DNA of 64,000 nt from Candidatus Multivoradales bacterium (GCA_965223155.1 CBDCVR010000014.1:992001-1056000); one strand, 5' to 3'. Shown: positions 30,278 to 41,985, counted from the first letter of the stretch. The notes: a model not told the origin generated them from the sequence alone. Program-made: numbers and translations.

Positions 30278-30995
30278 GCGGCTCCGGCGGCTCCTCGCCG
30301 GGAAAGACCACCAGCGGACGGATCCCGGCGGTGTCCGCTCCGGCAAAGGCGTTGGCAAGCCAGCCGGCGACAAAGCGCTCGATCTGCTCGCGGGCGGTTT
30401 CCCTCACCAGCGACTTGTGTTCCCGGGCTCGCTCGCGGGACAGCCGCGTCAGACCGGCTTGGAGCGCCTCGATGGCCTCGGTCTCGTCGCGAAAAACGCT
30501 AGATTCGCGCACCACGTAGTAGAGGCTCGAAACATCCAGAGCCGGGCGGTTGGCTTCGAGCTCGGGCACCCGGACCATGAGCTCGCCTTCGCGCAACTCG
30601 AAGTCCCAAGCCTTGTCGAGATCGACGAAATAGACGTACTGGACCGGCACCCGGGCCTCCACCACCACGTCCGGAAGCGCGACGCTGCCCCAGAGCACGC
30701 TCGTCGAGTCGGTCCGGGTATAGATCTCGGTTTGTTCGAGCTCGGCGACCTGGAGCTTCCTGCTTCCGGAGACCTCGGCGGCGTACGAGACGAACTGGGT
30801 CTCGGTCGTTCCCTCGCGAAACGCCGCGGCCAGATCGGTCAGGTCGGCCAGCACCTCGCGCCCGGCATCCACGGCCTCGCCCGGAAGCGAGCGCAACGAC
30901 AGAAAAAGAAACAGGCCGACAAAGAGGCCAAGCGCCACCAAGGCGGCCACCACCAGGACCACCGTTTCGATCGTTGAGCCGCGCGAGTCCGCCAT
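30198..30995 (-). CDS. Single-pass membrane protein, DUF4230-like
   Basis: N-terminal TM helix from ATG 30995 and a beta-rich domain (VQYVYFVDL). Overlaps the 3' end of prfA convergently. Confidence 0.55.
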   Translation of the reverse strand: MADSRGSTIETVVLVVAALVALGLFVGLFLFLSLRSLPGEAVDAGREVLADLTDLAAAFREGTTETQFVSYAAEVSGSRKLQVAELEQTEIYTRTDSTSVLWGSVALPDVVVEARVPVQYVYFVDLDKAWDFELREGELMVRVPELEANRPALDVSSLYYVVRESSVFRDETEAIEALQAGLTRLSRERAREHKSLVRETAREQIERFVAGWLANAFAGADTAGIRPLVVFPGEEPPEPLRPVPPLGLLLPDASVRLGSAWQAAR

Positions 30996-31131
30996 GCCAA
31001 GTTCCGGCGCCAGTTTAGGCCCCGCTCCCCGGGTGGGCAAGGGCCTCCCTGGGAAGGTGTTGTGGCGTCGGCGGCTTCGCGCCAACCTGGAGGAAACCGG
31101 GACGGTGGTTCCCGCGGACAAGGAGGTGTCG

Positions 31132-31644
31132 ATGCGACAAATACTGATGGTTCTGGCATTGACGATCTTGCTGGCGGCGGCGCTCGCGTTTGCCCTCGGT
31201 CCGGCGCCGGCGCTTGCCCAGGAAAGCACGGGCGTGACCGAGATCAACGCCAACGAGCACCCGGGCTTTCTGGCGGCAAAGGGCCGGGTCACGTTCCGGC
31301 GCTACTGCGCCAGTTGTCACGGTGAGAAGGCCGACGGCAACGGCACGGTCGCGGCGATGTTGACGGTTCAGCCGCCTGATCTGCGCGTCCTGGCGCGGGA
31401 CAACGAGGGCACGTATCCCGCCGATGCCATCGCCGCCACGATCGACGGCCGCGACGAGGTCCAGGCCCACGGCCGGCGCGACATGCCGGTCTGGGGCGAG
31501 GTCTTCCAGACCCCTCTGGTCGAATCGGAGCCCAGGTCGGAAGAAGACCGTGAGGCTCGAGCGCGGCTCAAGATCAAGGAGCTGGTGCTCTTTCTGGAGA
31601 CGATCCAGATCGACGAACCCGCCGACGGCGAGGCCCAGGACTAA
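31132..31644 (+). CDS. Class I c-type cytochrome
   Basis: AAGGAGGT RBS, signal peptide, CASCH heme motif, PPDL, MPVWG distal Met. Confidence 0.9.
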   Translation: MRQILMVLALTILLAAALAFALGPAPALAQESTGVTEINANEHPGFLAAKGRVTFRRYCASCHGEKADGNGTVAAMLTVQPPDLRVLARDNEGTYPADAIAATIDGRDEVQAHGRRDMPVWGEVFQTPLVESEPRSEEDREARARLKIKELVLFLETIQIDEPADGEAQD

Positions 31645-31766
31645 CCCGACCTCGCGACCGACCCGGCTCTGGACTGCGGGTATCGGCTCTTGGCCGACCG
31701 AGCCCGCTCCGTCCTCCGGCTGGCTCCTAGGAGCCGCCAGGGACTGCGATCGCCCCGGGCGGCTTC

Positions 31767-32960
31767 CTAGCGCCGCCGTCTGAGGTGGACTGGGCGCAGC
31801 ACCCGGGCGGCCAGGAACTCGGCCAGGCGCCGATTGCCTTCTTCGGTCAGATGGCCGTCTCCCGGCAGGAAGCACTCGTCGCAGTCCTGCCAGAGCCCGC
31901 GGGTCGAGGCGAAGGGAATGCCATGGGTCCGCGCGATGGTCTTGAGGGAGGTCGCCAGCTTCCGTTGCGCCTTGACCGACTTCGGACCCAGAATTCCGCC
32001 TACGTCCAGAAAGACGACCGCGAGGCGGGTTCCCTGGGCGCGGGTCCGCCGGTCCAGATCGGCCAGAGCCTGGGCGTAGTAGCCCTCAACGACCGAGAAC
32101 TTGGTGTCGTTGAGGATGGTGCGGGTGGATTTCTGCGGCTTCGGTCGAACCCGGGGCGGCGCTTTGGGCTGCCCCATCAGCCGTGCCCACAATCTCTGAG
32201 ACGAGGGCCGCTGGAGCTCTTTCGAGATGCCGTCGTAGAGAGCGGCGGTGCGTAGCGAGTACCGCAATCCGGCTCGAGCCGGCGACGAGGTGCCATCCAG
32301 CTCGGCCAGGCTCGCGGCGATCGCCTCGTAGTCGAAGACCTCGAACTCCGGCCGCTCGGCCAGCTCTTCCGCGCTCCGGTAGCTCAGGAGATCGTGCGGG
32401 TCGTTGCCGAAAACGACGAGCACCACGGTGCGCGGAGCGAGGCGCTCGAGGTAGATCCTGGACAGCACGTACTGCTGGTAGATGCAATCGCCCTGGCGGC
32501 CCATGTTGTAGACCGGCCAGCCGAGCTCGGTGCGCAGGATCTCAGCGGCCGTTTGCTCGGCTTCGACGCCGTGACCGTAGATCAGCGAGTCGCCCAGAAG
32601 CAGGATCTCCCGCTGCTCCAGGCCCTCCGGATTGCGAAACCCAAGCTCGTCGGTGCGGTGACGCCAGCGGTACCCGTTCCAGTAGGCGCCGGTCTCAAAG
32701 CGTGTATGCAGAAACGTCGAGCGGCTGACCGGCTCCAGGAAATACATGCCGCCCGGAAAGACACCGTACTTCGAGTAGACGTGGTTGCCGAGCCGCGGGC
32801 TCAAGACCCCCGGCGCCAGGCGCAGCACCCCCTCGAGCAGCCCGAGCGCGAAGAGCAGACTCAGGGCGAGGGCCAGAAGCGCGAAGGCCCGGCGGCGCCG
32901 GGCCGGTGCTCGCTCGCCGGCCGCGGTTTCCCCGTTCGATGGTCCCTCCCGCCGTGCCAT
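31767..32960 (-). CDS. SGNH/GDSL hydrolase family membrane-anchored protein
   Basis: N-terminal TM; blocks LGDS, NMGRQG, GND, DGHL. Confidence 0.8.
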   Translation of the reverse strand: MARREGPSNGETAAGERAPARRRRAFALLALALSLLFALGLLEGVLRLAPGVLSPRLGNHVYSKYGVFPGGMYFLEPVSRSTFLHTRFETGAYWNGYRWRHRTDELGFRNPEGLEQREILLLGDSLIYGHGVEAEQTAAEILRTELGWPVYNMGRQGDCIYQQYVLSRIYLERLAPRTVVLVVFGNDPHDLLSYRSAEELAERPEFEVFDYEAIAASLAELDGTSSPARAGLRYSLRTAALYDGISKELQRPSSQRLWARLMGQPKAPPRVRPKPQKSTRTILNDTKFSVVEGYYAQALADLDRRTRAQGTRLAVVFLDVGGILGPKSVKAQRKLATSLKTIARTHGIPFASTRGLWQDCDECFLPGDGHLTEEGNRRLAEFLAARVLRPVHLRRRR

Positions 32961-33002
32961 GGCCGCGACTATACGGCAGGTTTCCTCGGATATTCTCCCG
33001 GC

Positions 33003-34001
33003 GTGTCTTCCTGGAGACGAGATCTTCTGCGCTGCCTCAGGTGCGGCGCCGGCCTTGCGATCACCTCCGAAGAGGCTTCCTGTACCGCCTGCGCGGCAAG
33101 CTACCCAATCCGGAACGGAGTCGCCGAGTTCCTGGGCGAGCCTCATCCGACGGTGGCCCGCGAGATCGAGGCAGTGGCCGCGCTCGACGGTGGCCCGTCC
33201 GGCAACCGAGCCGGCCGGAACGAGCTCGCCGCTCTAATCCGGGGCCTCGACCGCACGGTGCCCGGGGAGGATCCCCGTGACCATCCCGAGCTCCGAGCCG
33301 GCCTCGAACGCTTCCCGAGCTTCGCCGCCTTCGCCCACACCCGGCGCCGAGCGCTCGCCATGCTGGCCGAGCTGGCCCTCGCTCCCGGGCGCACAGTCGT
33401 CGAGCTGGGAGCGGACCACTGCCTCGCGAGCTCGACCCTGCTCGACGCCGGACACCGCGTCGTCGCCATTGACATCACCGATCACCTCAAGCTGGCGCCA
33501 CGCCCCGAGCATCCCGGTCTCTGCCGGATCAAGGCGGACATGAACCGGCTGCCGATCGCCCCAGGCTCGATCGATGTCGTCTGGGCCACCGCCTGCGTCC
33601 ATCATTCCTGGAGCCTGGAGCGAACCTTCGCCGAGGCTCGCAGGGTGCTGGCCCCGGACGGACTGTTCGTCCTGCTGAGCGAGCCCATGCCCGCCTGGCC
33701 CCGGTTTCTTCTCTTCGGTCTCGGCCGGCGCTTCGGCGCCGCCGAGCGCGAGCTCGGCATCAACGAGACTTTGCACCGGCGGGGCCGCTGGCTGGCCGCG
33801 GCCCGCGGCGCCGGCTTTGCCCCCAAGCTGCGGTTCCCGCGCCTGTCCGAAACCGAGCTGGCTCGCCGTCTCGAGGACGTGCCTGGGATCCTACGCCCGC
33901 TGGCTCGGGCCCTGGCCGGCCGCGGAGCGCCTCTCGCCCAGGTCTCGATCCACATGATCGCCGTCCCGGACGGGCGCGCCGTCGCTCCGGCGGACCGATA
34001 G
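33003..34001 (+). CDS. Class I SAM-dependent methyltransferase with Trm112-like zinc finger
   Basis: CLRCG...CTAC...YPIRNGV, VVELGAD, ADMNRLPI, VHH, RRVLAPDG; GTG 33003. Confidence 0.8.
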   Translation: MSSWRRDLLRCLRCGAGLAITSEEASCTACAASYPIRNGVAEFLGEPHPTVAREIEAVAALDGGPSGNRAGRNELAALIRGLDRTVPGEDPRDHPELRAGLERFPSFAAFAHTRRRALAMLAELALAPGRTVVELGADHCLASSTLLDAGHRVVAIDITDHLKLAPRPEHPGLCRIKADMNRLPIAPGSIDVVWATACVHHSWSLERTFAEARRVLAPDGLFVLLSEPMPAWPRFLLFGLGRRFGAAERELGINETLHRRGRWLAAARGAGFAPKLRFPRLSETELARRLEDVPGILRPLARALAGRGAPLAQVSIHMIAVPDGRAVAPADR

Positions 34002-34010
34002 ACTCGATCC

Positions 34011-34847
34011 GTGATGGTGGGTGAGCTGGTCGAGACCGGGCGCAAGCAGTTACAGGCAGCGCCCTTCCAACCCAACCCGAGGGAGGCGCATCTCCTGCTC
34101 TCTCACGTCCTGGGGCTGTCCGAGGCCTCGATCCTGGCGCGTTGGGACGAGGCGGTCTCGAGCGCCGATGAGCGAAGCTACCGGGCCCTCCTCGAACGCC
34201 GGCTGACCGGCGAGCCCGTTGCCTATCTCCTGGGCGAGCGCGAGTTCTACGGCCGGCCCTTCGCCGTCGATCGGCGCGTCCTGATTCCGCGGCCCGAGAC
34301 CGAGCATCTGATCGAAGCGGCCTTGGCCCTCGACCCGGCTCCGGCCCGAGTGCTGGATCTCGGAACCGGATCCGGCTGTCTGGCGGTAACCCTGGCGCTC
34401 GAGCTCGGCGACGCCGCCGTCGTGGCCGTGGACCGAGCTGCCGGTGCCTTGGACGTGGCCCGCGCCAACGCCCGCTCGCTGGGCGCCGGCGCGCGCGTCC
34501 GCTTCGTCTGTGGGGATCTCGCCGGCGCCACGGATCTCGGCGACTTCGATCTGGTGGTCTCGAATCCGCCCTACGTCGGACGCCATGAAGTGCCCGATCT
34601 GTCGATCGAGGTCACCGGCTTCGAGCCGCACGAGGCCCTGTTTCCGGCCGATCATCCGGATGCGGTCATCGAGTGTCTTCTGGCCGAGCTCGACGGCCTT
34701 CGCCCCGGAGCCCACCTCCTCGTCGAGATCGGACACCTTCAGGCTCCGCGCCGCCAGCGGCTGCTGGCGAACACCGCCTTCGAGCTGGTGCGAACCGTTC
34801 CCGACTATCAAGGCATCCCGAGGGTCCTAGTGACCCGGCGGCGGTAG
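34011..34847 (+). CDS. prmC: Release factor glutamine methyltransferase
   Basis: GEPVAYLLGEREFYG, LIPRPETE, LDLGTGSG, SNPPY. Confidence 0.96.
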   Translation: MMVGELVETGRKQLQAAPFQPNPREAHLLLSHVLGLSEASILARWDEAVSSADERSYRALLERRLTGEPVAYLLGEREFYGRPFAVDRRVLIPRPETEHLIEAALALDPAPARVLDLGTGSGCLAVTLALELGDAAVVAVDRAAGALDVARANARSLGAGARVRFVCGDLAGATDLGDFDLVVSNPPYVGRHEVPDLSIEVTGFEPHEALFPADHPDAVIECLLAELDGLRPGAHLLVEIGHLQAPRRQRLLANTAFELVRTVPDYQGIPRVLVTRRR

Positions 34848-34895
34848 GATCGCTCTCCGGACTGCCAGAGGCCGGCCGGAATTCCGGAACTCAAG

Positions 34896-36161
<1,266 letters not shown>

Positions 36162-36173
36162 TCCCGGCACGCC

Positions 36174-36518
36174 ATGGAAGACTGCCTTTTCTGCAAGATC
36201 GCGGCGGGAAAGATCCCGGCCGACACGGTTTTCGAAGACGACGAGTTCCTAGCCTTTCGCGACATCGATCCGCAGGCGCCGGTACACATTCTGGTCATCC
36301 CCCGCCGGCACGTGGCTTCGCTGCTGGAGCTCGAATCCACGGACGACTCTGTCATCGCCGGACTCTACCGCCGAGCCATCGACATCGCTCGCTCCGAAGG
36401 CCTGGGTGAGCGTGGCTTCCGGACGGTGATCAATACCGGGTTCGAAGGCGGTCAGTCGGTGTTCCACATCCACCTGCACCTCCTCGGCGGCCGTTCCCTG
36501 GGCTGGCCGCCCGGGTAG
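36174..36518 (+). CDS. hinT: Histidine triad (HIT/HinT) nucleotide-binding protein
   Basis: DCLFCKI, HIHLH, GWPPG. Confidence 0.93.
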   Translation: MEDCLFCKIAAGKIPADTVFEDDEFLAFRDIDPQAPVHILVIPRRHVASLLELESTDDSVIAGLYRRAIDIARSEGLGERGFRTVINTGFEGGQSVFHIHLHLLGGRSLGWPPG

Positions 36519-36524
36519 TCCCGC

Positions 36525-38744
36525 GTGTACTGGGCCGCCGCAGTCCTCGTTCTGGCGACGCAGGGGGACCCCCGGATCGAGGTCGCTCGGCTGCTCGACG
36601 AGGGCCGCACCCGCGATGCCCTGAGCACGGTCGAGCACGCGCTTGCCGAGCGCCGGCAAGAGGTCGAGCCGCTGGGTTTCGACTACCTGCACGGACACCT
36701 CCTGGAGGCGGTCGGGCGCGACCAGCGCGCCCACGAGGCCTTCGTCAGAGCCATGTCCACCACCCCGGTCCTGGCCCCGTACAGCCGGTACCGGCTGGCG
36801 CTCAACCAGGAGCGCCAGGACCACCCCGAGGTCGCCGCCGGCCTGCTGGCGACGCTCCTGGGCTCGGAGCCGCCCGAGACCCTGGTGCAGCCGGCGGCCG
36901 AGCGCCTCGCCGCCGCGGTCGTCGCCGGCGCCGACTGCCGGCTGCTCGGCAACGCGGACGGCTGGCGCATCGAACCTCGCGCCCAGCGCCTGATCGAGGT
37001 GGCACGCGCCGACTGCGAAGCGCAGTCGGCGCGCTCTGACGACGCCGTGCGCAGGCTCCTGGCTCTGGTCGAAGCCGATTCCCGGGACGACGCCGCCCGG
37101 CTCGCCTCCAGCCGGCTGTCGCGGCTCGTGGGCCGGCAAGCGACCTCGAGGGTCTCGCTGCTCCTGGGCCGGACGTTTCATCATCACCGCCAGTTCGACC
37201 ACTCCACTCACTTCTTGCGCCGCGGTCTCGAACAGGCGGAGGAACCGGACCCCGAAGCACTCTACGCGCTTGCCCGCAGCCACTTCTGGCGCAGCGAGTA
37301 TCTGCTGTCCGCTGCCGAGTTCGGGCGTGTCGCGTCGCTGGCAACCCGGCCCGAGAACAAGGCCCGCGCGCTCTACCAGCAGGGACGATGCTACGAGCTG
37401 GACGGCGCCTGGGACGCGGCCCGGTCGAGCTTCCGGCTGGCCTATCTCGCCGATCCCGACGGCCGCTGGGCCGACGCCGCCCTGCTGTCGGCGCTCCGCA
37501 TCGAATGGCGAACGGGCTCTGAAGCAAGCGCCCTCGAGCTCTACGAGACCCTGGCGGCCCGGCGAGAATGGTCGGGCCTTTTCGAGAAGGCGTCGGTCTT
37601 TCTAGCCAGCTCCGAGATCGTGCGCGGCCGCGGCACGCGCGCCGAAGATTGGCTCGCCCGCGCCAGCCGCGCCCGGCGCCAGCCGCTCCCGGACGTGGAC
37701 TTCTGGCGCGCCCGCTTGGAGGAGCAGAAAGGCAACCTGGCCGCGGCCGCCGAGCTCTACCTCGAGCTCTTGACCGACGACCCTTTGCACCCTCTGGCGC
37801 GCGCGGCCGAGCGGCGCCTCACCGATCCAGCCATGCTCGCGACCAGCCGGAGCCTGGGTCGCAGGCTCGCCGGTGGCGACTCGACCGCCGACCTCTACGG
37901 CGCCATGCTGATCGCCGACGACGCGCTCGCGATCGCGGCGCGGCAAACACTCGAGACTCGTCTCCGGTCGCGGTCAGCCGCGGCGCCGTACCTGGACATT
38001 CTGCTCCGGGAGCCCGAGACCTGGCCGCTCTTCTCGAGGTCTCTGGACGAGCCCGAGGAGATCCTGCTGGCCCTCGGAATGTGGAGTGAAGGTGGAGCGG
38101 CGGCATTGCGCCACTTTCCAGCAGACGATCCGGGCCTGGCCCTGGCTGCGGCAGACCGTCTGGCCCGGGCGGGAAGCCACCACCGGGCGGTGCGCATCGC
38201 GGAGATTCTCTACGACCGGGCGCGAGCGGCGGTTCCGGTCGAGCTGCTTTCCCCGATCCTGCGCCGCCGGGCCTTCCCGATGCCCTACCAGCAGGTCCTG
38301 GTCGCCAACTCCCGACGCCACGGCGTCGATCCCTTCCTGCTCTCGGCCATCGTGCGCGAGGAAAGCCGGTTCGACGCCGGCGCGATCTCGGCCGCCGCCG
38401 CCCGGGGGCTGACCCAGTTTGTCATTCCCACCGCCGAACGTCTGGCCGGCAGGATCGGCCTGGCCACGATTCGGCCCGAGGACCTCCACCGGCCCGAGAT
38501 CTCCCTGGCCCTCGGCGCCGCCTATCTGGACGAGCTGGACCGCCGCTTTGGCGGCCAGACCTACGCCGTCGTCGCCGCCTACAATGCCGGCGAGAATCAG
38601 GCCGCGCTCTGGCAGAGCTACTGCTTCAGCCGCGAGCCCGAGGAGTACTTCTCGAAAGTGGGTTTTCCAGAGACCCGTGGCTACCTCGAGAAGGTCCTGT
38701 CCAGCCGCGAGCACTACACACGGCTCTACGCTCGTCCTCTCTAA
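36525..38744 (+). CDS. Soluble lytic transglycosylase with TPR-like N-terminus
   Basis: AIVREESRF, ARGLTQF, AAYNAG, ETRGYLEKV. Confidence 0.88.
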   Translation: MYWAAAVLVLATQGDPRIEVARLLDEGRTRDALSTVEHALAERRQEVEPLGFDYLHGHLLEAVGRDQRAHEAFVRAMSTTPVLAPYSRYRLALNQERQDHPEVAAGLLATLLGSEPPETLVQPAAERLAAAVVAGADCRLLGNADGWRIEPRAQRLIEVARADCEAQSARSDDAVRRLLALVEADSRDDAARLASSRLSRLVGRQATSRVSLLLGRTFHHHRQFDHSTHFLRRGLEQAEEPDPEALYALARSHFWRSEYLLSAAEFGRVASLATRPENKARALYQQGRCYELDGAWDAARSSFRLAYLADPDGRWADAALLSALRIEWRTGSEASALELYETLAARREWSGLFEKASVFLASSEIVRGRGTRAEDWLARASRARRQPLPDVDFWRARLEEQKGNLAAAAELYLELLTDDPLHPLARAAERRLTDPAMLATSRSLGRRLAGGDSTADLYGAMLIADDALAIAARQTLETRLRSRSAAAPYLDILLREPETWPLFSRSLDEPEEILLALGMWSEGGAAALRHFPADDPGLALAAADRLARAGSHHRAVRIAEILYDRARAAVPVELLSPILRRRAFPMPYQQVLVANSRRHGVDPFLLSAIVREESRFDAGAISAAAARGLTQFVIPTAERLAGRIGLATIRPEDLHRPEISLALGAAYLDELDRRFGGQTYAVVAAYNAGENQAALWQSYCFSREPEEYFSKVGFPETRGYLEKVLSSREHYTRLYARPL

Positions 38745-38792
38745 TCTGGACGGCCGGGCTTGGCAAAGCCCTTTCGAAGGGCGGACGAGCCG

Positions 38793-39563
38793 TCAGCCCG
38801 ATGAGCCATCCGCGCGCTCGACGCCCAGAACCACGTCCGCCGGCGCCTCGCGATCGCTCTCGAAGTGATCCTCCACGTCGGCTTCCCGGCGTAGCTCCTC
38901 GGTCCAACTCAGGATCTCGGCGTTGAGACGTTGTTCGCGGAGCACCTGCCGGATCTCCTCCCGAACGTCGGCCAGGGGCGGCAAGCTCCGCCCGCGGCGC
39001 TTCATCTCATCGGCCAGGGCGCCGTCGTAGTAGGCGCGAATGTCGTCCAGGCTGACGAAGACCTTCGGACCCAGGCGCTCGTCGACGTAGGTCAGGATCA
39101 TGACCTGGCGAGCCACCATCTGGCGCACGTCGTCGAAGGCCAGTCCCAGCTCGTCCAGGCGGGCCCGGAAGGCCGCCTCGCTCGCGAATCGCGCCTTTAC
39201 CTCTCCGACCGCCCGATCCACTTCGGCCAGCGAGATTTCGGTGAACCCGAACCGATCCACCTCGTGCGCTCGGAGCCGCTCGTCGATCATGAGATCCAGC
39301 ACCCGGCGGCGAAACTCGTGCTCGCTCTCGGCCCCGGCCCGGCTCACGAGCTCCAGTCCGATGGCTCGGTCCAGGTCCGAATCCAGGATCGGGTCCTCGT
39401 CCACCACCGCAACGATCCGGTCCACGAGAACGCCTGGTGAGGCCGTCGAGGCCTCGTCTCCAGCCTGGGCGGCAAGCGTCGCGCACGGCACGATACCCGC
39501 CGCCGCGCAGGCCGTGACAAGGGCCGAAAGTGCTTTTGTCAGGGGCCTTTGCACGGCGCGCAT
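38793..39563 (-). CDS. SurA N-terminal domain-like periplasmic chaperone
   Basis: Signal peptide, VDRIVAVVDEDPILDSD, helical chaperone pattern. Start is ATG 39563 or GTG 39554. Confidence 0.72.
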   Translation of the reverse strand: MRAVQRPLTKALSALVTACAAAGIVPCATLAAQAGDEASTASPGVLVDRIVAVVDEDPILDSDLDRAIGLELVSRAGAESEHEFRRRVLDLMIDERLRAHEVDRFGFTEISLAEVDRAVGEVKARFASEAAFRARLDELGLAFDDVRQMVARQVMILTYVDERLGPKVFVSLDDIRAYYDGALADEMKRRGRSLPPLADVREEIRQVLREQRLNAEILSWTEELRREADVEDHFESDREAPADVVLGVERADGSSG

Positions 39564-39618
39564 GCTAGCATGGCGGTCCTTTCGCTCCGGCCGACCAGCC
39601 GTTTCTCGATCCGTCGCA

Positions 39619-40440
39619 ATGTCTACGCAGATCACCGTCGGGATCGCTCAGATCGACAGTCGCCTGGGTGAGGTCGAGGCCAATCTGGAGCGCCATCTCG
39701 AGTGGATCGAGGCCGCTCGGAAGCGCGATGTCGAGCTCCTGATCTTTCCCGAGCTCTCGCTTACCGGCTACCGGCTCCTCCATCTAACCGGCAAGGTGGC
39801 TCTGCGCCCCGGAGACTCCCCCGCCCTGGATCGGCTGGGCCAGGCCACCAAGGGGCTGACCGTCGTCGCCGGCTTCGTCGAGGAGGACGCCAAGGGCGTT
39901 CTTTACAACAGCGCGCTCCTGATCGAGGACGGCCGCGTCGCCCATATCCACCGCAAGCTCTATCTCCCCACCTACGGCATCTTCCAGGAGGGGCGTTTCT
40001 TCGGCTCGGGACGCAAGCTGGCGATGCCGCCGGCGAGTCCTCTGGGGCTTCTGATCTGCGAGGATCTCTGGCATCCGCACGTGGCCCGAAGCCTGGCGCT
40101 CGCCGGGGCCAAGGTCCTGATCGTGGTCTCGGCCGGGCCCGGCCACCTCGGCTCGGGACCCGAGCCGGCCAGCCAGGAAGCCTGGCAGGCGCTCACCCGC
40201 TCGACCGCCCTCGTCAACACCTGCTGGGTGATCTACTGCAACCGGGTCGGCTGGGAGGAGGGCTCGTTCTACACCGGAGGAAGTCATGTGGTGCGACCGG
40301 GCGGCGAGCTGGTCGAACGGGCTCCCTTCCTGGACGAGCATCTGATGGTGACCACGATCGACCTGCGTGAGGTCGACCGGCTGCGCTGGCGCCTGCCGCT
40401 GGTGGACGCGGAGCGAACCGATATCGAGGGGCCCCAGTGA
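39619..40440 (+). CDS. Carbon-nitrogen hydrolase (probable glutaminase partner of NadE)
   Basis: E-K-C triad FPELS / HRKLYLP / LICEDLW; GTGA overlap with nadE. Confidence 0.88.
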   Translation: MSTQITVGIAQIDSRLGEVEANLERHLEWIEAARKRDVELLIFPELSLTGYRLLHLTGKVALRPGDSPALDRLGQATKGLTVVAGFVEEDAKGVLYNSALLIEDGRVAHIHRKLYLPTYGIFQEGRFFGSGRKLAMPPASPLGLLICEDLWHPHVARSLALAGAKVLIVVSAGPGHLGSGPEPASQEAWQALTRSTALVNTCWVIYCNRVGWEEGSFYTGGSHVVRPGGELVERAPFLDEHLMVTTIDLREVDRLRWRLPLVDAERTDIEGPQ

Positions 40441-41273
40441 TCCGCAAGCAAGACGTCGCCAAGCGCCTGCGACTGGACCCCGAGCTGGCGACACGAGTCC
40501 TGACCAGCTTCGTCGCCGATGCCATCGCTTCGACCGGCGCCCAGGGCGTCGTGGTGGGCCTTTCCGGGGGCGTTGACTCGGCCCTGGCTGCCGCGCTGGC
40601 GGCCCGCGCTCTGGGCCCGGAGCGCGTCCTGGCCTTGCTCATGCCGTACCGGGAGTCCTCTCCGGAATCCGCCGCTGACGCCGGCCTGGTGGTCGATTCG
40701 CTCGGCATCGAGGCGCGAACGCTCGACATCACGCCGATGATCGACGCTTACTTCGACGGCTTCGAGCCCGACGCTTCGAAGGTACGGCGGGGCAACAAGA
40801 TGGCGCGCGAGCGCATGGCCATCCTCTTCGACCACGCCAAGGAGCGGCAGGCCCTGGTTCTGGGCACGTCGAACAAGACGGAGATCCTGCTCGGGTACTC
40901 CACGATCTTCGGCGACAATGCCAGCTCCATCAACCCCCTGGGCGACCTCTACAAGCAACAGGTCTGGCAACTCGCCGAGCACCTCGAGCTGCCCGGGCGC
41001 GTCATCTCGAAGAAGCCGTCGGCCGACCTTTGGCCGGGCCAGACCGACGAAGGCGAGCTGGGCTTCGAGTACCGCCTGGCGGATGAGGTCCTGTACCTGA
41101 TGTTCGACCGGGGCCTGGCGCCGGCGGAGATCGTCGAGCGCGGCTACGACGCCGAGGCGGTCGACAAGATCACTGATCTCGAGCGCGGCAATCGGTTCAA
41201 GAGGCGTCTCATGCTGATCGCGCGCCTGTCCGCGAGCGCGATCAATCTGGACCGGGAAATTCCTCGAGATTGA
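40437..41273 (+). CDS. nadE: NAD+ synthetase
   Basis: GLSGGVDS, GNKMARERM, GTSNKTE, PLGDLYK, PSADLWPGQTDE. Confidence 0.96.
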   Translation: MIRKQDVAKRLRLDPELATRVLTSFVADAIASTGAQGVVVGLSGGVDSALAAALAARALGPERVLALLMPYRESSPESAADAGLVVDSLGIEARTLDITPMIDAYFDGFEPDASKVRRGNKMARERMAILFDHAKERQALVLGTSNKTEILLGYSTIFGDNASSINPLGDLYKQQVWQLAEHLELPGRVISKKPSADLWPGQTDEGELGFEYRLADEVLYLMFDRGLAPAEIVERGYDAEAVDKITDLERGNRFKRRLMLIARLSASAINLDREIPRD

Positions 41274-41971
41274 GCGGCACGCTCCGCATCGTCGCGACGC
41301 CGATCGGCAACCTGGACGATCTTTCTCCGCGCGCCCGGAAGGCCCTCGAAGCCGCCGACCTGGTCGCCTGTGAGGACACCCGGCGAACCGGCAACCTGCT
41401 GCGCCATCTCGGCTTCAAGCGCCGCCTGATCTCGCTTCACGAGCACAACGAGCGCCTGCGGCTGGCGACCGTTCTGGCCGAGCTCGAAGCGGGGCAGTCG
41501 GTCGCTCTCGTGAGCGACGCGGGCATGCCGCTGGTCTCCGACCCGGGCTTTCTGCTGGTTCGCGAGGCCACCCGACGAGGCATCCCAATCGAGCCGGTGC
41601 CCGGTCCGTCGGCGGCACTGACCGCGCTCGTGGTCTCGGCCTTGCCTCCCCTGCCCTTTACCATCGTGGGTTTCCCGCCGCCCAAGACCGGCAAGCGCAA
41701 GAGCTTTTTCGGCCGCTTTGCAGGACTCGAGCACACCTGGGCCTTTTTCGAATCGCCGCACCGGCTGGTCCGCAGTCTGGAAGACGCTGTCGAGGTCCTT
41801 GGAGACCGGCCGGCTTGCCTGGCCCGCGAGCTCACCAAGATGCACGAAGAAGTCGTGCGCGGCCGGCTGGCCGAGCTCTTGGACCGGGTGCGCGTGAAGG
41901 CTCCCCGGGGTGAGTACGTCGTCTTGATCGGCGCCGAGCTCGGCCGCGACGACAAAGTCGGCTCGTCCTAG
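41270..41971 (+). CDS. rsmI: 16S rRNA (cytidine1402-2'-O)-methyltransferase
   Basis: VATPIGNL, CEDTR, VSDAGMPLVSDPG, FESPHR, ARELTKMHEE. Confidence 0.95.
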   Translation: MSGTLRIVATPIGNLDDLSPRARKALEAADLVACEDTRRTGNLLRHLGFKRRLISLHEHNERLRLATVLAELEAGQSVALVSDAGMPLVSDPGFLLVREATRRGIPIEPVPGPSAALTALVVSALPPLPFTIVGFPPPKTGKRKSFFGRFAGLEHTWAFFESPHRLVRSLEDAVEVLGDRPACLARELTKMHEEVVRGRLAELLDRVRVKAPRGEYVVLIGAELGRDDKVGSS

Positions 41972-41985
41972 CCCGGCGAATCGCC

